The notes beneath the pieces were generated by a model. The model searched no databases. It was not told the DNA's origin and saw only the letters and a program-made list of their open reading frames with translations. The position numbers were made by a program, and so were the translations under genes. This document shows, piece by piece, positions 55,745-64,000 of a stretch of 64,000 nucleotides of DNA; position 1 is the first letter of the stretch; each line of letters opens with the position of its first letter. The stretch spans positions 1,488,001-1,552,000 of the forward strand of contig OY986946.1 of assembly GCA_963920595.1 (NCBI GenBank), written 5' to 3'. Origin of the DNA: Eimeria praecox (Eukaryota).

Positions 55745-57658
55745 AGAAGGAGAGTGAGCTGCTGCTGCAGGAGCTGCGACGGCGTGTGCTGCTGCTGCAG
55801 CCTCCCTCCTTAGCTGCTCCTTGTTGTATAACTGAAGCCAATAGAGAAGCATCTAGAATTATAAAACATATATCTTCTTCTGTCTCTTCTTCTTCTGTCT
55901 CCCCTTCTTCTTCTTCTTCTTCTGCTGCTGCTGCTGCTGCTTCTTCTTCTTCTTTCTCTTCTTTTATATCTTCTTCTTCTCCTGCTGATGTTGCTGCTGT
56001 CTTTGGACTCGCTGCTTTACTCATGCAGTGTGCTGATGTAATCTAAACCCTAAACCCTAAACCCTAAACCCTAAACCCTAAACCCTAGTAGTAAACCTTA
56101 GTAGTAAACCCTAGTAGTAAACACTAGTTAACCCTAATAGTAAACCCTAGTAGTAAACCCTAAACCCTAAACCCTAGTAGTAAACCCTAGTAGTAAACAC
56201 TACATCCTAAACCCTAGTAGTAAACCTTAGTAGTAAACCCTAATAGTAAACCCTAGCATATCAACCCTAATAGACCCCAAACCCTCACTCATATTTTTGT
56301 GGGTGGCGTAGGACAGTGTGCTCTCCCAGGGTTTAGGGTTTAGGGTTTAGGGTTTAGGGTTTAGGGTTTAGGGTTTAGGGTTTGAGTGCAGTTAAATCAA
56401 CTAAATCGAAGAAGCCCGTTGACGATGTTGTTTTTACAAACACTCACGGAGGAGCTACAAGGCAGCATTCCGCATGCGCTAGGCAACTCAGCCAACCAGG
56501 TACTACTAGGGTTTAGGGTTTAGGGTTTAGGGTTTGGGGTTTTAGGGTTTAGGGTTTGGGGTTTAAGGGTTTAGGGTTTAGGGTTTAGGGTTTGGGGTTT
56601 GGGGTTTAGGGTTTATTGCTTCGTATTCGCAGGCTTCAGGTTCTAGGGTTTCGGTTTTTGGGTTTGGGGTATAGCATCTATCAAGGGTTTAGGTTTTAGG
56701 GTTTAGTTTTTATGGTTTATGTTTGTGTTTTGTGTTTTCAGGGTTTTTTGTTTCGATATTTGCTGCTATCTTTGCTGCAGTTCTTCCCTTTACGTTTGTG
56801 CCCTCCTGAAGCAGCAGCAGCAGCAGCAGCAGCATTACGGCGTTTGCTGCTCGAGGAGATACAGAAGCCCTGGCTGCTGCTGTGTGATAGGAGAACTACA
56901 CGGGCTTTAGGTAGAAGTTTTTCTCTAGCATTAACTGTCGACACGCCTAAACTTGATGTTGTTCTACCTTCTCCTTATGCAGGCGTAAACCCTAAACCCT
57001 AAACCCTAAACCCTAAACCCTAAACGTATTACTATTCTGGTATCTATTAGATTCAGAGAAAAGATATAGATATGCAGCAAATAATATACACACACTGCAG
57101 CAGCAGCAGCAATAGCAGCAGCAACAGCAACAGCAGCAGCAATAGCAGCAGCATCAACAGCAGCAGCAGCAACAGCAGCAGCAACAGCAGCAGGTGCTGC
57201 TGCGATGTGTTATAGTTGTTGTTATTCGTACTTTTATGTTTTCTCTCGTAATACAACTATACTATTATTATTATTATTATTATAAATAATAATAATATAA
57301 TAATAATAATAAATAATAATAATAATAATTAATAATTATATCTTAATAGTAAATTAAATAAATAAAATAAATATAAATAAATATAAAATATAAATAAATA
57401 TAAATAAATATAAATAAATATGTACATAAATGGCAATATGTGTGCGTACACAAATAAATAAAATAAATAAAATAAATAAAATAATTAAATAACCAACTAA
57501 ATAAATAAATAAATAAATAAATAAAATAAATAAATAAATAAAATAAATAAATAAATAAATAAATTAAATAAAATAAATATATCTGTTGTATTGTTTAGGT
57601 GTTTTCTTCAAGGAGTCGCGAGTTACACTTCCGTGTGTCTTATCTTTCTCGTCTTTGT

Positions 57659-57693
<35 letters not shown>

Positions 57694-58814
57694 TAATTAA
57701 TTAATTAATTAAAATAAATAAAATAAATAAATAAATAAATAAAATAAATATATGTTTTATTGTTTAGGTGTTTTCTTCAAGGAGTCGCGAGTTACACTTC
57801 CGTGTGTCTTATCTTTCTCGTCTTTGTTTTATTTATTTATTTATTTATTTATAATTAATTAATTAATTAATTAATTAATTAATTAACTAAAATAAAATAA
57901 ATATATCTGTTTTATTGTTTAGGTGTTTTCTTCGAGGAGTCGCGAGTTACACTTTCGTGTGTCTTATCTTTCTCGTCTTTGTTTTATTTTATTATTTTCT
58001 CCCTCAAAAATATTAATAAAACAAACATGTAATATATTAGAAAGATTAATTGATGCTCTTAAGATCTCTACTACCTTAGAGCATCAACTACATACTATTA
58101 TTATCAAACAAGTAGGTTTATTTTATTTTATTTTATTTTATTTTATTTTATTTTATACTGCATACTATTATTATCAAACAAGTAGGTTTATTTTATTTTA
58201 TTTTATTTTGTTTCATTTTATTTTATACTACATACTATTATTATAAAACAAGTAGGTTTATTTTAGTTTATTTTATTTTATTTTATTTTATTTTATACTG
58301 CATACTATTATTATCAAACAAGTATGTTTATTTTATTTTATTTTATTTTGTTTCATTTTATTTTATACTACATACTATTATTATAAAACAAGTAGGTTTA
58401 TTTTAGTTTATTTTATTTTATTTTATTTTATTTTATACTGCATACTATTATTATCAAACAAGTATGTTTATTTTATTTTATTTTATTTTATTTTATTCTA
58501 CATACTATTATTATCAAACAAGTATGTTTATTTTATTTTATTTTATTTTATTTTATTTTATTTTATTTTATTTTATTTTATTTTATTGTATTTTATTTTA
58601 TTTTATTGTATTTTATTTTATTGTATTGTATTGTATTTTATTTTATTTTATTTTATTTTATTTTATTTTATTTGTTTTTATTTTGTTAATTTAATTAAAT
58701 ATGTATGTTTTGGTTTTAGTTTATTTGTTTTATTTGTTTTAATTTAATTAATTAATTAATTTACGTAGGTAGGTAGGTAGGTAGATGTTTAGTTGTTTTG
58801 TTGTTTATTTGTAT

Positions 58815-58853
<39 letters not shown>

Positions 58854-58998
58854 TTTGTTTATTTATTTATTTATTTATTTATGTAGTTATCTATGTATTT
58901 GTTTATTTTGTTAGTTTATTTATTTATTTATTTATATAATTTACTTATCTATTCACTTGTATATTTGCCTTCTCTAGTTTATTTATTTATTTATTTGT

Positions 58999-59037
<39 letters not shown>

Positions 59038-59531
59038 TTCTTTTCTGTGTTTTACACTTGTGGCGTGAAGACGTTTATGTTTATTATTTTATGTATTTAT
59101 GTATTGTTTGTATTTATATTTATATTTATATCTATATTTATATTACTATTTATATTTATATTTATATTTATATTTATATTTATATTTATATTACTATTTA
59201 TATTTATATTTATATTACTATTTATATTACTATTTATATTTATATTTAATATATTTACATTTATCTAAATTATTTATTTTGTTTATTTATTTTATTTGTC
59301 TCTGTTTTTTTTTCCTTGTATCTTTTTTAATATTGTATTTATATCCTAGGGTTTAGGGTTTAGGGTTTAGGGTTTAGGGTTTAGGGTTTATGTGTGTATA
59401 GGTATTTCTGTGTGTAAGGGTTTTGTTGTTACGTCTTCCAATCTCTTCTCGAAAACCTGTATGGCCTATCGTTATGACGGAGTTAATAAGAGTGTTTTCT
59501 GCTGCATTGAATTCTTCTTCTTCTTCTTCTT

Positions 59532-59589
<58 letters not shown>

Positions 59590-59905
59590 CTGCAGCAGCC
59601 AGCAGCAGCAAGATCTTTCTTTAGTTGCTGCAGGTGTTAAGGTTGTAGAGTTAGCAACAGTTTTAAATCTAGCTGATTTTACTCTCTATCGTTGGGTGTT
59701 CTTAGCTGAGGATACAGCAGCAGCAGCAGCAGCTGCTGCTGCTGCTGCTGCTGCTGATGCTGCTGCTGCTGCTGCTGCTGCTCCTTCAACAAAGATAGCA
59801 GCAGCATTAACAGCAACAGCTACTGCAGCAGCAGCAGCAACAAACACACACAGCCCCGACCTTGAAGGCAACTGTGAGATAGAAATACAGATAACAAAAG
59901 ACAAA

Positions 59906-59947
<42 letters not shown>

Positions 59948-60086
59948 CAGCAGCAGCAGCAGGAGGGCATACTGGAAGAGGCACAGACAGACCCTGCTGC
60001 TGCTGATGCTGCAGCAGCAGCAGCATTAGAAAGCAACGACAGACCTACAACTCCGTCTCCCGTTGCTGCTGCAAATGAGATCAACA

Positions 60087-60138
<52 letters not shown>

Positions 60139-60241
60139 AAGCAACAGCAGCAGAAGAAACAGCACAACCCCCAGCGAGGCGTCAGAGTTTAATAATCTAC
60201 ATTCTTTCAGACCGTTCGTTAGTGTCTTAGCAGAAAGATAT

Positions 60242-60294
<53 letters not shown>

Positions 60295-60448
60295 AGGAGA
60301 GGCAGAGATAGAAGGCTTGTCTGCTAGCTCAGTGAGTTGCTGCTGCTGCTCTTGCTGCAGCTATCTTTGCTGCTATCTATGCTGCAGCAGCAGCAGCAGC
60401 TGCTGCTCTTGTTTGCTGCTGCTGTTTTGCTCTACACCTGCTGCTTCC

Positions 60449-60493
<45 letters not shown>

Positions 60494-60574
60494 GGCTGCT
60501 GGTTTTCTAGGTTTGAATAAGCTGCATGTGCGTGTCTTTCTTCAGGCATCCTATGAGCCTTCCTTAGCTTCCGG

Positions 60575-60635
<61 letters not shown>

Positions 60636-61144
60636 CTAGCAGCAGCAGCACGTCGACTAAATGAGAGAGCTGCAGCAGAGCCGACGCATAATATTGATTC
60701 TGAAGACGAAGAAATACGCAGGTAAATGATGCTGCTGCTGCTGCTCTTGCTGCTGCTGCTGTTGCTCTTGCTGCTGCTGCTGCTGCTGTTTGTTGCTGCT
60801 GCTGCTGCAGCAGCAGCAGCAGCAGCGAGCCCTGTGTACAGTCGCCCTCGATCAAATTATTATAAACACTAACAGCAGCAGCGTAGCAGCACCAGCAGCA
60901 CCCTTACAGCAGCAGCAACAGCAGCAGCAGCAACAGCAGCAGCAGCAACAGCAGCAGCAGCAACAGCAGCAGCAGCAACAGCAGTATTGTGTTTCTTTGT
61001 GCTGCTGCAGAAGCATAGAAGATGATTTGCTGCAGGGGCCTGAGGAGTTTAGAGATTTGTGGATGGAGCTGCCGCTGCAGCAGCTGCTGCAGCAGCAGTG
61101 GTGTCTGTACACCTCAGGGTTTGAGTTGCTGCTGCCAGCAACAA

Positions 61145-61181
<37 letters not shown>

Positions 61182-61221
61182 GGGGCCTCCCTCTGCTGCA
61201 TGCTCAAGCAGAGATATTTAA
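39888..61221 (+). CDS. DOP1: Dopey family protein (DOP1; Golgi/endosome trafficking), ~28 exons
   Basis: Spliced N-terminus matches Dopey_[20 protein letters not shown]|...[31 protein letters not shown]...[12 protein letters not shown]...[26 protein letters not shown], then [15 protein letters not shown]-terminal [32 protein letters not shown]. Exons: 39888-39927, 40955-41058, 41781-41855, 42423-42624, 43651-43892, 44328-44486, 45267-45398, 45689-45867, 46458-47068, 47211-47791, 48145-48444, 48610-48744, 49035-49264, 49568-49980, 50164-50768, 51019-51372, 51610-51779, 52064-52350, 52593-53112, 53558-53677, 53885-54797, 55363-56037, 56392-56499, 56742-56984, 57923-58111, 59402-60331, 60546-60721, 61011-61221. 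A few internal boundaries are ambiguous. Confidence 0.9.
40080..40945. repeat. (CT/CTGT)n then (TA)n microsatellites in DOP1 intron 1
   Basis: Read directly. Confidence 0.9.
42930..43265. repeat. ~20-bp pyrimidine minisatellite (CTCCTTCTCTGTCTCTCTGT) in a DOP1 intron
   Basis: About 16 near-identical 20-bp units. Confidence 0.85.
58091..58530 (+). repeat. 7-copy ~70-bp tandem repeat containing the exon-25 3' end and donor
   Basis: CATACTATTATTAT(C/A)AAACAAGTA(G/T)GTTTA at 58091, 58161, 58231, 58301, 58371, 58441, 58501, separated by (TTTTA)n. Confidence 0.9.
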
Positions 61222-61361
61222 TTTGATGCTACTTGTTATTTTATTTAATAAATAAATAAAAACAATTTAGTAAATAACTAAATAAAATATAAACTACTTG
61301 CTCAGGTGTATATACACCTCAATTTTCAAACAACAACAGCAAATTACTGCAGATTTAAATA

Positions 61362-61378
61362 CTACTCTGAAAAGCCTA

Positions 61379-61433
<55 letters not shown>

Positions 61434-61461
61434 TTCCTGCTGCTGTTGATCCTGATCCTGC

Positions 61462-61499
<38 letters not shown>

Positions 61500-61741
61500 C
61501 TGCTGCTGCGGTGTTCCCGCGTCAGAGAAGTTGCTGAAATCTGGGGAAGCCTGCAGCTGCTGCTGCTGCTGCTCTTGCTGCTGCTGCTGCTCTTGCTGCT
61601 GCTGCTGCTGCTCTTGCTGCTGCTGCTGCTGCTCCTGCGTAAGGGTTGTCTGATCGGTTGCCATGGGAGTAATGTTGAAGAAGTCGTCGATTCCTGTTGC
61701 TGCTGTTCCTGCTGCATCTGCTGCTGCATCTGCTGCTGCAT

Positions 61742-61772
<31 letters not shown>

Positions 61773-61891
61773 AGCAGCAGCAGCTGTTTCTGCAGTATTT
61801 GTATTTGTATGAAACTCTCCTAAAATATTTTGTTGATGATCGTGTTTATTCTCCTGCTGCCCTTGCTGCTGCTGCTGCTGCTGCTGCACTT

Positions 61892-61928
<37 letters not shown>

Positions 61929-62539
61929 CTGTTGTCTAATTCGTTTATGTCTTGCTGCTCTTTGGAATGCAGCATTAATTGGAAACCAAAGTTGATGGAA
62001 TGTGTTTTCTAGATAACAACAATCTTTATATGGTTTATCTTGGGGGTTATTATATATTCTAGCATTTTTGAATATTAGAGCAATATCTTGTTTGAAATAA
62101 TATGGTAATATATATATATTATTTTTTATATTTGTTTGTATACGATATAACCACATTGGATCAGATATATACTTACTGTAACCTGCTGCTGTACGTTCAG
62201 GGTCAGCAGCAAACCACACAGATTCGGGTAAGTCTAATAATGCTGCAACAGCATCAGCAGCAACATCTTTCCAATTATACCCTGCTGCTATTAAGCTGTC
62301 TGTACACCCCAAATACTTCCTTTTAAATCGCCATAAATATTCTTCGTTATTACCACTATAAATATATTTCAAATATGTTGTTGTTAATTGATCTAAATCT
62401 AATTCCGTACTACCAATTAGTATTAAGTCCCTTGATGATGATGATGCTCCTGCTGCTGCTGCTGCTGCTGCTCCTCCTCCTGCTGCTCCTCCTGCTGCTC
62501 CTGCTGCTCCTGCTGCTGCTGCTGTTGTTGTTGCTCCTC

Positions 62540-62576
<37 letters not shown>

Positions 62577-63390
62577 TCCTCCTGCTGCTCCTGCTGCTGC
62601 TGCTCCTCCTGCTGCTCCTGCTGCTGCTGCTGCTGCTGCTCCTGCTGCTGGAAGGAGAGGTTGTGGGGTTTTCATACGATATGATGGGGGAGACAGATTA
62701 CGGGGACGAGGGATACAAGCTGCTGCTGCTGCTGATCCTGCTGCTGCTGCTGTTGCTGCTGCTTCAGTGCTATCTCTAAACATAATGCATGCCGCGAAAG
62801 CTGCTGCTGCTGCTGCTGCAGCAGGATCCGTATCTCCTGCTGCTGCTGCTGTTGCTGCTGCTGCTGTTGCTGCTGCTGCTGCACTCTTGCTGCTGCAGAG
62901 AGAAGCAGCAAGACTCCGCTGCAGAGGGAGGAAGCAAGGAGGTATTCCCAAACCAAATAGAAACATTCGAACACAAGACAGCTGCTGCAGGCTTGCTGCT
63001 GCTGCTGCTGTTTGCTGCAGCTGCTGCAGCTGCATCTCCATATATAAATATAATAAAATACAAGATGCTTGAGCTACAAAACACCCCACAGAAACAAGAT
63101 GATTCTGTCGTGCTGCTGCTGCTGCTGCTGCTGTTGTTGTTGCTGCTGCTCCTCCTCCTCCTGCTGCTGCTGTTGTTGTTGCTGCTCCTGCTGCTGCTCC
63201 TGCTGCTGCTGCTCCTGCTGCTGCTGCTGCAGGCAAGCTAGCATCACAGTAACTACCAAGACAGCCAAGGAGACAGCATACTTGTGGTTGCTGCTGCATC
63301 TCTTCTTGTTGCTGCTGCTGCTCCTTCTTCTTCTGCTGCTGCTGTTGCTGCTGTTGCTGCTGCTGCTGCTGCTCCTTCTTCTGCTGCTCT

Positions 63391-63423
<33 letters not shown>

Positions 63424-64000
63424 GATATACCTGCAGCATCTGGCAGCAGCAGTCCCGGTGTATGTGCAGAGAAGGGGAGAAATAATATAGGGTTTGTAGC
63501 TTTCAACTCCCGCAGCAGCAGCAGCAAACAGCTCCATATACACCCTTGAGCATCATCCTCTGAGGTGTCTAGACAGATAGCTGCCTGCAAAGCAGTGTAG
63601 ATCCCTAGTCCTACCTAATTTACAAACACACAAACCCTAAACCCTAAACCCTAAACCCTAAACCCTAAACCCTAAACCATAAACCCTAAACCCTAAACCC
63701 GAAACCCTAAACCCTAAACCCGAAACCCTAAACCCTAGTTTTTGCTAGAAGCATCATAATAATTCAAATCGTATACTCTCTCAATAACTAAGAAATAATA
63801 AACTAATTAGGGTTTAGGGTTTAGGGTTTAGGGTTTAGGGTTTAGGGTTTAGGGTTTAGGGTTTATTTATTTACTTGCGCCCTCAAGACCTGCTCCTCTG
63901 GGGAAACAAACTTAGATATTAAACACCACTGCTGCTGCTGCTGCTGCTGCAGACTGCTGTGGGGTTTGCCTGCTGGCATTCCTGCTGCTGCTCCTGCTGC
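61362..64000 (-). CDS. Bromodomain-containing protein, 3' portion (exons >64000-63875 and 63614-61362); 5' end lies outside the window
   Basis: Bromodomain at ~61975-62275: SVWFAADP...GYSKYISDPMWLYRIQTNIKNNIY...FKQDIALIFKNARIYNNPQDKPYKDCCYLENTF, with the acetyl-lysine-binding Asn retained. A phase-0 intron 63874-63615 joins VLRAQ|VGLGIYTALQAA. Additional introns inside the long ORF cannot be excluded. Confidence 0.85.

Larger units (their letters stand above)
2587..64000. repeat. Pervasive (CAG/CTG)n microsatellites, coding for poly-A/Q/S tracts in exons and also present in introns and UTRs
   Basis: Hundreds of tracts. This is a well-known hallmark of Eimeria repeat-rich segments. Confidence 0.95.

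Noticed and set aside
23668..56391. Telomere-bracketed introns as autonomous transposons or a single introner family
   Set aside because: The cores between arms are mutually dissimilar, no transposase is encoded and I saw no target-site duplications. Only the repeat arms are shared.
58091..58530. Repeat-spacer pattern resembling a CRISPR array (also 35460-35750)
   Set aside because: Eukaryotic genome with no cas genes. The spacers are microsatellite and the repeat is a copy of the adjacent exon end.
2434..64000. Hundreds of poly-L/C/A/Q/S ORFs in alternative frames and strands
   Set aside because: CAG/CTG repeats lack stops in all six frames. These ORFs have no non-repetitive content or are shadows of the real exons.

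Overview
Eukaryotic DNA from a coccidian apicomplexan, almost certainly a repeat-rich segment of an Eimeria genome. The evidence is pervasive (CAG)n, interstitial AAACCCT/TTTAGGG telomere-like heptamers, TGCATGCA and (TA)n. Most ORF-track entries are microsatellite artefacts. Manual splicing with phase checks gives these gene models: (1) a small hypothetical multi-exon gene (+, ~3448-5892); (2) a 2-exon F-box/LRR-like protein (+, 9452-16567); (3) a 12-exon LRR + ankyrin + degenerate FYVE-like protein (+, ~19572-33087); (4) a possible pterin-4a-carbinolamine dehydratase-like gene (+, ~34540-35314); (5) a single-ORF helical hypothetical protein (-, 35721-38681); (6) a ~28-exon Dopey/DOP1 gene (+, 39888-61221); (7) the 3' part of a bromodomain protein (-, 61362 to beyond 64000). 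The most striking unexplained structure is intron architecture. At least 10 introns are bracketed by inverted telomeric arrays: (AAACCCT)n next to the donor and (TTTAGGG)n before the acceptor, never in the reverse order, often with a CTAG inner boundary. Several exon-intron junctions are tandemly re-copied into the intron. A dispersed palindrome, AGGTGTA-NN-TACACCT, recurs across the window. All gene models are manual and unverified by RNA data.
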